NCBI RefSeq assembly: GCF_008831285.2
Contig: NC_045138.2
Location: forward strand, 10,726,001-10,790,000
DNA: 64,000 bases
Reading direction: 5' to 3'
From: Nymphaea colorata
Taxonomy: Eukaryota
Each line of letters begins with the position of its first letter. The first letter of the stretch is position 1. The position numbers were made by a program, and so were the translations under genes. The notes under the pieces were generated by a model. The model made no database searches, was not told where the DNA came from, and saw only the letters and a program-made list of their open reading frames with translations. Below are positions 13,816 to 26,020 of the stretch, in pieces.

Positions 13816-16646
13816 TATAAAACACATATATTCGTTATTTATGTTCATAAAGTATAAATTTCTAAAAAAAAAAAAAGCAAAACAAAACAGGCAAGAAAAT
13901 ATGAAATATTGATATGCTGTGTCCAAGCCATGTCCTACATCCAAACCTGTGTCCAACCTTGTCAACACAGGTGCAGCGCCTTTCTCCTTGTGTTCATATG
14001 AGATGGTTTTCACGTTAACCCTTTTCTCTTTAGCTGGTATGCTGGTTGAGGCTGTTAGTTCTGTTCACAGTTGAATGTTACAAGCTATTTATAACTTCTC
14101 TAGTAATCATATTCTCTACACTGGTGTAACCTGACCCAACGATTTGTCACCTGCTGCTTATTTTGAAGTTGAATGTGGAGTTCCAGTTGCTGAGAAGCAT
14201 TCTTGTAAGGTCGGGAGTAACTGATGAACAGTTGTTCTGTATCCTTTGATAATCATGAGAATATGAGTGGTATTTCCCATTTCCTGTCCATGTTCATTGT
14301 TGCTTAAGCAGTTCCAGCTCTTCCATTCTGTGTTTACTTTGACTTGAGTAGTTCTTACTCGAGAATGGTACATCAATGTGCTTTCTCGCATTCGTATCAA
14401 CTCATTCCGTGTCGAATTGGTTGGAGGAATTTCGGAGGATCTCCTGGCATCAGCGGTGGCCTCCATTTCAGCAGAAGCATCCGTAGGAAATGCAGTTTAT
14501 ATGATTCCATCCTTCTATAACCATGATTGTGGTACTCAACTGCTACCTGCATGCTTTCAGTTTTCAGGAGAATAGGTTGGACTATGGGGATTTATACTCT
14601 TTTGTTTGGTAACAGAATGGCAGCTTTATTTATTTACTAGTGCTTATGCTTCTGCTGAAAGCAGCAGTATAGACCACATACATGTGGGTGCATCGCAGAG
14701 TTTGATTCATGACCAGTTGAAATTGTGTTGACAAGATTTGTGGCCTGATACATCAACCTTCTGCTTGAAAAAAATTAAGAAAACAAATACTTGCTTAAGT
14801 GTTTTAGCAAGAAATTATACATGACATCAAGTCAACTTATCGATTAATTGTGAGCATTGGGTCCTGCTTTGTCATGTAAAGTACATGTAAGACTGTAAGG
14901 GATATGAAGGAGAAAAAAAGCTTGTCATCTGTTTCTAGAAGTAATTATGTGCTTGTGTACTTTGGTGTGTCTGTATGCATTTACTTGTCTATTCCTGGTC
15001 CCTTCATGTCTGTCGTAGCCTGAATCTGCAATTTAAGCCATTTAACTTTGTTCACTGGTAATTTGATGTCCTTTTAGTTGGAAGCATGCTTAATGTGCAA
15101 CAAAATCTAACAGATCTGATTTCATTTCATCTTAAGTGTGAAAAGTGTCGCAGATCCGAGCAGAGATAAGTGCATTTTTACAGATTGCCAACAAGAAAGA
15201 ACATTCTGATATTATTTTAAGTTTCTACCTGAATGTAATCTATTATTGGAATTGTGACTGGGCAATGCTAATCTGTTATGCATGCTTAAAAACCATCAAC
15301 CTGCAACTTGTCAGGAATTTAGGAATTTATTAATATCCATGAGAAATCTAAGTTAATTTCATGTTTTAAGTGCAAGTGCAGCTGATAGGAGCAATTATGT
15401 GTGAACAGCTCTAGAACTAGCTTTTGTAGATGTTTGGTTTTTGTGTTTCTTTTATCCTGCTAAAAAACTCGAGGTTGTGGACATCCAGTCAGATCCTGCA
15501 TGGTTTCTTTTCTATATATAAAAAAAAGAGTTATATACAATTACATAGGTAGCTTAATTGAATCTTTTTTGCTGATTCAACAATTGTTAATAGTTCTTCA
15601 ACTTTTAAATTACTCTCTGCTGCCACGTGTTCATGATCTGATACTAAGATTCTGAAACGGATGAAGTTGCCTTTTATCAGATCCAAATGCACACATAATA
15701 TGGATAGATAGTTCACACGCAAGGATGAAAGCCCTGAGCAACATCGAACCAGGTGTGTACTCTAATACTTATATCATGTCAGACTATTAGACGTAGATCA
15801 TCAGTCATCCAGAAAAGTGTATAATGACCTATTTTCTTTCCGTTGTCTGCACATTTGTGATATGTGAAGTGGAAATCTGTAGTATCATCAGTTCAAAAGC
15901 AACTTTGCCTTCCTATACCGTCAAAATGTACACATGGTATATTTTAAAGATATTTCTTTTCTTAAACGAGGTGATCAAAGGCACATCATGTTTGTAGTTG
16001 AAAGAAACAATGAGAAATTATATGAAGGAGAAGCAATATGTTTTGATTGACAATGATTTAATAGCTACGCATGATCTTCTGGGTATGTAAAATCAGTAGG
16101 AAATCTCTGATAAATTATTTGGAATTGTGCAAATATTTACTTTGTGTTAAGCATGTCAGTTAAATTCCTTCATCTCTTGATGTCTTTCTTGTTAAATCTT
16201 TATTTGTATTCTTGCAAACAGTTTTGATTTCCCAGAACTGTCAAGAAGTGTTTCCTTTCTATTTGAAACGGTTTATTCAGTGATTCCATAATGTTTTTCC
16301 TACCTGATTGATATGCCACCATGTTCAATATGAGATTATCAGTTTGATAAACATGTCTCTTGTACAATTGGCAATTCAATAATCTGGTATATGCAGCATT
16401 TATGATAATCAGGAATAATCTGGTATGTGTAGCATTTACGATAATTCTTGAGAAATAAACGTTATGATCTGTGATTCATTGGTGACTGAATGAAGGGGCA
16501 AGTTTTGTACCACTTAACGATTTACAGGTGAAGAGATACGGATATGTTACATCGATGCAAGCATGGACCATGAAGCTCGCCAGGTGCTGCTTTACAACGG
16601 GTTCGGTTTCAAGTGTAAATGTCTTAGGTGTTTATCAGGGGATTAA
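6079..16646 (+). CDS. ATXR4: SET-domain (SMYD-like) lysine methyltransferase, ATXR4/SDG38-like; join(6079..6315,7115..7279,11769..11824,13061..13187,14169..14238,14352..14531,15681..15752,16528..16646), 341 aa
   Basis: All eight exons have GT..AG boundaries and compatible phases (1026 nt total). The translation has SET motif I (AGRGVFATRRI), a degenerate MYND-like insert (CYLC...CSEKC), LSRIRINSF, SFYNHDC-DPN, GEEIRICYID and post-SET CKCLRC, in the ATXR4 order. Confidence 0.93.
7500..9753 (+). mobile_element. Degenerate Ty1/copia 3' half (RT, RNase H, PPT, 3' LTR 9504-9753) in ATXR4 intron 2
   Basis: MKDLGCLKYFIGVEV..LTQ (RT); LVSWTKKKQKNVS, HIETD*HF, NLFTKGL (RNase H); PPT AGGGAGA followed by a 250-bp TGTT...AACA LTR. 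Many stops and frameshifts. Confidence 0.85.
8038..8766. mobile_element. Non-autonomous hAT element nested in the copia remnant
   Basis: Termini CAATGTT...AACACTG; perfect 8-bp target-site duplication (TSD) AGATGATC at 8030-8037 and 8767-8774; many subterminal GTATCG/CGATAC motifs. Confidence 0.9.
9944..10152. repeat. Degenerate tandem repeat, unit approximately TACAATCTGTTATAATGTATATTATATG
   Basis: The AATCTGTTATAATGTATA motif recurs at about 9947, 10073 and 10109, with further partial copies. Confidence 0.7.
10840..11331 (-). mobile_element. Ty3/gypsy gag fragment in ATXR4 intron 2
   Basis: ORF 11125-11331 (WLHKMRKIF...LVFLLQCTTEAWWKT...ITWADF) resembles a retrotransposon gag domain. Confidence 0.7.
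14239..14351 (+). other. U12-type (minor spliceosome) GT-AG intron, ATXR4 intron 5
   Basis: The donor GTATCCTTT matches the U12 consensus. Branch-like TACTTTGAC lies about 8 nt before the AG, with no polypyrimidine tract in between. Splicing restores the frame (T|TT = Phe). Confidence 0.82.
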
Positions 16647-16735
16647 GTGATTGTAGGTTTGTTTTCCTATGTCATTTATTCTTTAGATCTTCTGCTGTTC
16701 TACTAAGACTAGTGCTGGGAGAACTGAAAGGTCAC

Positions 16736-16738
<3 letters not shown>

Positions 16739-16777
<39 letters not shown>
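16739..16777 (+). repeat. (TC)n microsatellite downstream of the ATXR4 stop
   Basis: Direct reading. Confidence 0.9.
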
Positions 16778-16779
<2 letters not shown>

Positions 16780-19700
16780 GTGTGTCACTGTGTGACAACA
16801 CGGATGTACGGTTACAGGTAGAATCAGTTTGACATTAATTACGCAAGTCTCTCCTATGTCATGTCTTTTGCTTTGCTGCGGAGGAGCTCGAGAACACTTA
16901 AATTCTGGTGGTTTGAAGCACACAAGCCCATTCATTATTAGTCGAAGGTACATGTTTTCATCAATCTAAGTTGGCTTTCGAAAAAATACAGAAATATGAG
17001 TTGGCGATTCCTTATGATCAACGGGATGCCGATACCGGCACAAATTGATTGAGCATCACATCTGTTATTGGGCAGTGTCCGCTTTCGATGCAAATTAGTC
17101 CTTGTAGACGTGACGAACAATTTTTGCATTGTCTGTTGTTGAGCTGCGTTTATTGCCGAAGGAAAGAATCTCTTTTCAAGCTGGAACCATTACCAGATAT
17201 TTCAGCAGTTGATGCTTAAATTTAACAGAAGTATTTCTTTGTGGTGTAACTGGATTATTGGAAACATTGATTCTTGAATAAAATAAGCACGTTGAAGGAT
17301 TAGGATCATTTTTTTTTTTCTTTTGAAGTTTAGGGATGTTAATTGATTGGATATCTGATTACCAGTTTGATAAAGGTTTGACCTGATTGCATAGAAATGG
17401 ATGAACCGAAATTTGCTTTGAAAAAGTAGGGTTCTATTTCAAAACGAGTTACACAAAATTTTGATGGTGTGCTTATTGGACGAGAAGATGCATGGGAAAA
17501 AAAAAAAGAAAAGAAAGAAATGTTCCTCGTGAATGTGTAAAAATCTAGCTTTACCGTCCAGACGGTTGGATCCACAGGAGACCGTCTTAATGTTCGACTG
17601 ACCCTAAATTAAATATCGGCTTGTTCTTGAGATGGACATTGTTGAGAGTGATGTATATGGAATTACGAGGAACACAAGATTTTATTATCTTTAGTAGGGC
17701 AAGAAAGTTAGGTACAGAAAGGTAGAGATTTGGATTTTGTTTGTGTTATGTACAACAGTTACACAGAATTTGATTTAAGTCAAAATTGGTGAAGGCTGAA
17801 CCCAAACATGCACAGCCCTAACCCCTGCCTGTGTTACATTATGCAGGGACTTGACCTCTAATACATTTGTACCAGGTCCCTGCCGTTTGCTTATATAGTC
17901 CATTGGCCGGTACAGGCTGATATTAAGACTTCTTCAACTGAAAAAGCTATCTTTCCCACTTCTCTCAAGGTGTGCCTGAGAATCATGAAAGATCTCAAAT
18001 GCGTGGATGTCATGTTGTACCACATTCACACAAAGATCATAGGTTTTCAAACTAAGAATGTCAATGTAGACCTAAAAGTCTTCACTTTTTATTAGTTTAC
18101 AATGTCAAAAGGTCTTACCTAAGATCAGAGGAGAAGAATCTAACCTTAAATTCATGGATTTGAAAAATCTTTAGACCAGCATGAGGCAATCAAACGTCCT
18201 TACATGAATGCTGGCCGTCACACCTAGTTCAGAATTGTTTATAAGCATGATATCTTCGACTGAGAATGGTTGTTGTGAGAGAAAAGGACACGACTGTTAA
18301 ATGGGCAGTCATGCATTCCTTCATTCATGTCATCTGAACTCCTAGGAATTCATTGAAGAGGGCAAGCTATGGCCGCCAAATGGACAGTCATAGTTCAACG
18401 TTGGTACAGCTTCTTGATCAAGTGGTAGTAGATGTTGAGTGTTCTACCAATTTTCTAACTGGTTTTTCCTGTTGAATCCACTTAAAAGAAATGGTTTCTC
18501 TCTAATCAGTAAAGGGAAAGTCCAATTAATTTATCAGAAAAAAAAAAAAGAAAGAATGCAATTGTTTGACCATGAACACCACCGGAGCAAAAGAGTGGTT
18601 CGAACTCTTTGCTGCTTGTTTTGAACAACCATCTGGCGTTTTCTGCAAATTCAATCTGCCTGCCTTCTCATTCCACGCCTGACGGATCAGTAGTGTCTCT
18701 TTCACATGGGTTTTCGTTGGTCAGCCATTTCGAAGAGGAGGAAAAGGGAAAGGCTTAGTTCATATCCGCTAGCACTGTCCCCTGGTCTCACACCGTCTCG
18801 TGGGGAGAAGCGGCTGAGAATTCAAACCCTCTGAATCAGCCGTTTCAATCTCCTCGTAACCGTGGTAGCTCCAACCAAACCACAGTGGGAGCATTCAAGA
18901 GTCTGGCAAAGCGGGAGACCGCGTTCAAGGTGTTGACCACGACCGTGTTCCTTAAATGCGACTCTTCCTCTTCACCATGCTTCCCCACTACGGGGCTTCA
19001 CTCACCTAGTAGAAAATCGCGTCTGGTAGATTTGTTGGTGTATTCGATCTGCTTTCCTTAATTTCATGGCAGCAAGCACACGTGGCGCTCTCAAACTTTG
19101 CTGAAATGAACCCTCTGTAAAAACCACTTTGAAGTTTTGGTGGAACAAACAAATGCACTTCACTCTACATTTCTTTCACAAGAGAGAAGTCAAATCTCAA
19201 GTATTTTTGTAGAATTTCATTTTAGAATGTTATCGCTATTCTTCATTACTCGGACTCCTATTAATAAGAGACAGAAAGAGAGAAATATAAATGACATTGC
19301 TAAATGCCTTGGCCCACAAGAGAGGAGAGAAACAGGGAGAGAAAGAGAGCGGCGGAAGCTGGTGTTGCAAGTAGAGATGACATCTGCTATACGCCAAAAG
19401 CAGCTGGAAGTTGCACCAGCTAAAGAGGGCGGCAGCGGCCGATTGCCGTGAGAACGATTTTCTTCTTTGGTTTGCTTTTTCCCTTTTCTTGATGTCAGAA
19501 CAAGCTTGTCGGCAAATAGAAACAAACTCTAAAATCAGGAGTAGGAAACACAAAAAACGAGTAGAAGGCAAAGAATGGACAGAAACAGAAAAAGAAGGTA
19601 GCAGCAGAATAGCTTCCGCTTGCTGTAAACGACCGTTAGATCAAGTTTTACAGAAAAGAATTCAGACTGGTGAAGGTGGAACCAACCACCTGACCTGAGA

Positions 19701-21510
19701 ACCGCGCTTCGGCGCCGACAGATCCGGCGAACAGCACAGATCAGCAGTACTGCCTGTTGAATTTTAGACAATTCTTTTTCCTTCATGAAATTGCATCTAG
19801 ATGTGAGTCAGGCCTGGCCGGGATCCCAAGAAGTCCACAGATTTTACTTGCAATGAAAAAGAATTTGTGTTGACTGCACATTAAGTTGAATTAGATCTAC
19901 CTGCCATGTTGTTAAAATCGAAGCGAATCGAGCTGTATCTGCCAAATGCATCAAATCAATTCAAAATTATCCGAATACTTTTTAGATGAAGAGAAAAAGA
20001 CTCAAATATCTGTGAGCAAGCCGATACGTCGTTGACACATAAGTGGTCGGTCCAGGTCCCTCTGGCGACCGCCATGGCTGTGCTTCATGTAACCTGAAGG
20101 GCTCGGCTTGCCAGCGTCAGCTTCAGCAATGACTTACATACGAGAAATCTAACATTATTAGGAAAGCCATGAGGGAGATGTGGCATTCTGTCTATGGCAC
20201 TATATCTATATGTAATGAAATCTTGTCCTTTTGTAAAGATGATCACACACAAACCCATCAAAGCCGAGGCAACATAATGGGGTCTGGCCATACAGAGAGA
20301 AAGCTCGATCCACCGCCATGCCAGGACAACACCGTGAAATGGCTTGTACAAGTGCTGAGGCTTGCGAAGCCGGTTACGTACACCATGCATCAAATTTCAG
20401 GCACATTACGATTAATAACAAAAATGTTTTCGTTAAAAAAAAAAAAAAAGTTTTTGTTAGGATAAGAGAAGAAGTCGAAAAAAGTGAAAAAAAAAACTTA
20501 AAAGGACAATTTTTTAATAATTTAAAAAATGTCTCTTGTTGTTTTCTTTTGACGTACTTATGTTGCGTGCACCGAGTGGCGCATGCAACTCTATTTCTAA
20601 AACTTGGGGCCAGATTCAAATTTAATTTAGGGGACCTTGTTCTTCCATTATTGAAAAGCTTTAATGGGGCAATGCTATGCGGCAATAAAGGAGTTCTCAT
20701 TTACTGGCACTTGTTTTGCATCGATTAATTGATTACCCTAAATTTGGGGTAATCCCGGTTGGAGTGGATCACATTTAATTTTAAATAAATATTCTATATC
20801 TAATGTTCTTATACTTTGAAAATCAACTAGATTTGGATCGGATCTGAATTGTAAAATCAAATTTTAGATTCAGATTCAGATATGGCATTTTTGTTTGTAT
20901 TCAAATCCAAATATACGAATACCTGAAAAGGCAGCAAATGCAAATAAAGTTATATGCAATTGAATCCGATCCATTTGACATCCACTAATCCCTATCAACT
21001 AACATGTGGCTTCACTTTTACTCCTTTTAGCTTTAAAATTTTGTGCCTGTGAAGCCTTTATTGAGGCATATATATAAAATTCTTTTAATTTAATCATATT
21101 TTTTTACTATAAAATCGGTATCGAACATTGCTCATCTTAACGGATGCTGTTTACGAGCTCATTTCTTTTCAAGTCCCCCAGAACGGGCATTTGGACAGTG
21201 GGAAGTGAACGTATGCCACATTATGAGTCTGCCGTACACGCACCGTAGCTTGCACATGGACCGAGCCCATACTGGTACTTCAAAGGCATTATTGGTGGAC
21301 TTAATTTTCTGATCTTCTTAAACCTTGGGGTGGGCAGCAAAAGCACGCGCTTAGCGTGAGTGAAGATTAAAACTTTCCCCTTACCTTGGGGATTTAGTGT
21401 TGTGTATGATACCTCATCGATACAAGAGCACTTAATCTCTATACCGTTTGAACTCTTGCTTATTTTGTTCTTGTTTAGAGCACTCTTGCTTATTTTGTTA
21501 TATATATATG

Positions 21511-21550
<40 letters not shown>

Positions 21551-23477
21551 AGAGAGAGAGAGAACGCGGAGCAAATAAACATTGCTAGCATTCGCTGGCC
21601 ATTGGATACAGTGTTTCTTAACACCAAAAAAAGCTGCAAATCGACGTCCACTGGCGCTTGATTCTGACCTCTTTGACTGGCCGCTTGCAATAGCTTACAA
21701 AGTGGTCCTGTTTGCAGCTCCCTCTCTCTCTCTCTCTCTCTCATAGTAACTCTTTGCCACCGACAATTAATTTCACCATGTTTTCATTTATATTGAATTT
21801 TCACTGTCAAACATTATATATATACATATATATAAAATTTGATTATCAACGTTCGGGTGCTGCCACGATTTTATATCATTTAAACCTTATTTGGGAACCT
21901 AAACTTACGCCATGCCTTATTCATTGGGCATATTTGGTTGTCTGAGTGTGAATACATCTGGCACTGTCCTCCATAGACTTAACAAGTTACGCCCGGTCGG
22001 TATTGCCTCAAACTTTCTTTTAGGTTTTGCTTCAAAGCAACCTCATCATCACGGTCTAGAGACTTTATTGCTCACTTCACAGAGTAAAATTTTAATGCTA
22101 GCCTCTTAGGGCCTATGCCAGCTGGGGGGGTCGATCTCTATTAAATAAGGAATTGACTTTCTACCATCCAGCATACCATGGTAATCAAACCAGCAACTGA
22201 CTTCACTTCTACCACTTATGCAATTGGGAATCGAACCAATGAAGTACCTTTAGAGCCCTCCTTTCTGTCAAACGCCTTTATAAATTACTGAACCCATCAT
22301 TCAACATTGGAAACATGAACCATAAAGGCAGACACATAACCGAGTTGGATGTTGGATCACTTGTTGCATGCATGATCCTGATTCACTGTTAGAACATAAC
22401 TGTGATTCATGCATCTTTTCTGAGCTTCGTTTTTAAGACAGGTTTTTATCATATATTGTGTTGACCATGGTTAGCAGCTTGGTAATAATTAAGATGAAGT
22501 TAATCAAATGGGTTTATACCTATACTTGTATCAAAATATAACACTTCTTTCTATTTTTTTGCTTTTTACAAAGGTTCTTTCTCTATTTCATTGAAAGAAA
22601 GCAATTATTTCTTACAAAACATGACCTCCAATAAGTGAAAGGAAGCGATAAGGGGGGCTCATAAATAATTATTGCAATTGCCTATGATTAGAACGAATTG
22701 GAGAAAAACATCAAGTATGTTTGTGAGTGAACAGAAGACTTGTCTTTTTAACTATGCGGCTTCCTATTATAGGTTACTGTTGTAACTGAACAGGTTCTGA
22801 GGTCAAATCCCTAGGAACTACCTCTATTCTTGTATATATATATATATCGTGTGCGAGAGAGAGAGAGAGAGAGAGAACCTCCGTTGTCATATTTGTTCTC
22901 TTGTGCTTTCTGATTCATGCATCAATGGGTGTATTATGAGAGACCTGAGGATTCCTCCATCTAAACCCGGTCAGAGAAATCCACAAATCTTAGAGAGAGA
23001 ACTCTTTCTGCTGGTGCTTGAAAATTTGGCAGCATAAACTGGAAAAGCAAAATCCACTTAGTTTCTCTATCTAGCTGTTCTGTACAAGGAGCTTGTTCAT
23101 TACTTGGGACCTTTATCAAACGCTCGAGCTTGACGATGGCCGACCTGAAATGAAAGCTACAGGAGTCGCTAGCTACGGATGTCAACATATCAAATTTGTA
23201 ACCAATCTACCTTTTACCATATCTAATTTATTTATATATGCATATTCAGATTAAACATCATATTTGAATGCGAATGGAGAAAGTGCATGCCACATTACAA
23301 TTGAATTTTAAATTTACAACCTAAATCTGATTTTTAAATTCAGAACCAAATCTGACTTTGGCTTCTAAGTTCATCACTCAGTCCAAACTTTATTATGGTA
23401 TATTAAGAACTCTTTTTCAAAATGTATGGACATTGGATATATAGGAATATTTATCTAGTCATATTGATACTCATTAT

Positions 23478-23870
23478 TAGGGATGTTAATAAATCCGATT
23501 TATATCTAACATCTGACCAAACCTCATTGAGGAAAAAAAGTTAATATCCAATTGAAAATTTGGATATAACAAGTGACATCCAACTGGAATCAGTTTTGGA
23601 TTGAAGTAAACATTGATCATATTTTGGATTGGTAACAGTATTCAATAAATATCCTATACTCGATGTCTATAATGTGGTTTGGATTCGGTTTGAAAGTCGG
23701 ATTCAAATTCGGATGTTAATTTAGAAATCAGATTTGGATTATGAATTCAGATTTTGGATTCGGATATATTTTAAATTTTTTTGTTTGAATTTGAATTTGA
23801 ATCCAAATCCAAATCTAGCATAGATATCCAAAAAAAGCAGATAGGTTAAAGTATACATCCAACACCCCTA
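23478..23870. mobile_element. hAT-like MITE
   Basis: Termini TAGGGATGTT...AACACCCCTA; internal GGATTCGGAT/ATCCAA motifs; flanks CTCATTAT and CTAATTTA only partly match. Confidence 0.55.
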
Positions 23871-25990
23871 CTAATTTATCTATAGGATATTTATTGTAAA
23901 CTAAATCCAAATTTGAGTTTACCCATATGTCATTCCTTAAATTCAATTGTGATCATGTTTCTTAGTTAGATGTTTATTAAAGTTTTTCATATATATCCAA
24001 GTTTTTTAGACAATTTGGTGGGATATCCAACCCAAATCTAATCTGCGGACATTATTAAGGAGTCATTTGGCAATGACATGACAAGAAATGGATTCATGAA
24101 AATGCTCCAAAGATTAAAATAAATTCATGAAACATTATTTCATGAATCAGCCTCCATTTTTAGGTAAATCCATAGAACAGTTTCAGCTAGAAGACTCGAA
24201 GAGTCACAAATTCATTCGCCGAAGATAAATTTAAGTCTAAAAAACCAAAGATATCGAATAACCAGACTTAGTTAACATTCACAAGCAATGTCCCCTTTTT
24301 TCCGCATTTCACAGTAAAAAATCAGCGGCCGCACAAGAAAATGTTCATATCTTTCGTGTTTTTTTTTTTCCCACGATTTTTATAGTGTGAAACAAAGGCT
24401 TCGTGTACACGTTTACACGATAAACGACACTTTCGGGATTCGAAAACCGAACAAATGCCATATATTTCTCCTCGCGTGATTTAGATCCCTCGTCCGGAGG
24501 AAGGATGACGCGTCAACTCGATCGGACGCGCTGGATCGTGACGGTGAACGGATCAAAGCACTTTACTTTACACCGACAAATGAAGCTTTCGAAGTATAAA
24601 GTCCTAAAAGCTACCACCATTTTTTTTCTTTTCCTTTCCTTCCCTTCCCTTGTTTGAAAATTTCAATCCAACTCAACCTTGTAAGAGTACATAGATTTTT
24701 GGAATGTTTCCATGTTGGGGCCTACCCCTACCTTGTGGTTATGCAACTTCAAGAATCAACTGTTTTTTTCTTTTAATTTTTTTCTAAGGGCCGTCTTTTT
24801 CATGAACAATGCCAGATAAGAGTAGGGAGATAACTTTCATTAACTTCAAAACGAAGAAAGCCCAGCTGCTAGCTGTTTCTTTCTTTCCAACATCAATCTT
24901 TCACTATCCAATTCAATTCTCGCCATTTCAAACGGCAAACCAAATTTGATGAGAGTGAAGAAGGATAAGATTTGTTTCCAACTATGATTTCGAAAAAAAA
25001 AAAAAAATTTCAACTCATGCTTTTTGTTTTTTCAAATTAACCGAAGTTTAGCTCACACTTTCATGTGACAAGTTTATTAACAAAAAGCATAGCCTTACGA
25101 GAAAAATAACATAGACCGGATTCTGTTGTTGAAATTACAGTCTAAAAAGATAGGCCACGTAGAAATTAGTCTCTTAACTTAACTTAGGTAGTTTCTCTTA
25201 AATACCAGCCACAAAGTCTCTTAACTTAATAGTTTCTCCTAAGTAAACTTTAAAAAGTAAACTATATATTTGTTGGACGGTCGTATGGTCGTCGCGAATA
25301 GGGGCCCGACTCAGTCTCATTGGCTGGCCTTCGACCCATCACACTTGCCTATGTGGCCCTAAAGTTAGGCAGGGGCGGAAGGAAGGGGGGGCTGCCTACA
25401 CCATGGCCCTACCCCAGCCAATGAAATTTTTTTTTACATTGAAAAAAATAATATTTTTTAATTACGTAATATATTTTTTGTATTAAAATTCAGTTTGACC
25501 TTACCCAGATCTAGAAAAAATTAGAACTACTGCAAACGCACCAAACCCAACCTTACATCCAACATGTGGACCCTTGTCTCCTACACACAGCCCACTCTTC
25601 CCCTTTTGTTTACTTCTTCTAATCCTTATTATATTTCTCATATTCACTGTCCACAGCTTGCTTTCTCCCTATTCTATTCCTTCTCCCTTCTATATTTCTT
25701 CTCTTAGAACGGATAGCGTGAAGGGGGAATCAGCACCAGTCAACCCCTCAAACCACGTGTTCACATAAACAAAGGAACAGATATCACTGTTGAGCAGAGA
25801 GACAGATCTCTAGAGAGAGAGAGAGAGAGACGTGGTGGTTGCTGTGCTGCACAACCTGGAAGAAGAAGCTTCGACGATGCTTCTTCCGCCATGATCACCA
25901 AATCTGGAGCTTCATATCCACTTGTTATTCTTTTTTTTTTCCCTGCGTTGGGAAGTGTGCAGTTTCTCAGGAAGTTTTCCACTAGATTAG

Positions 25991-26020
25991 ATGAGATGAG
26001 ATGAGATGAGATGAGATGAG
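25991..26020 (+). repeat. (ATGAG)6 microsatellite
   Basis: Direct reading. Confidence 0.9.

Noticed and set aside
18105..18130. tasiARF-like GTAAGACCTTT on the minus strand
   Set aside because: Gapped partial match with no flanking miR390 sites.
19692..19703. 12-nt match to miR398 (minus strand); similar partial matches to miR394 (20181), miR396 (25650) and miR159 (23596)
   Set aside because: Only 10-12 nt each, with no full mature sequence or precursor hairpin.
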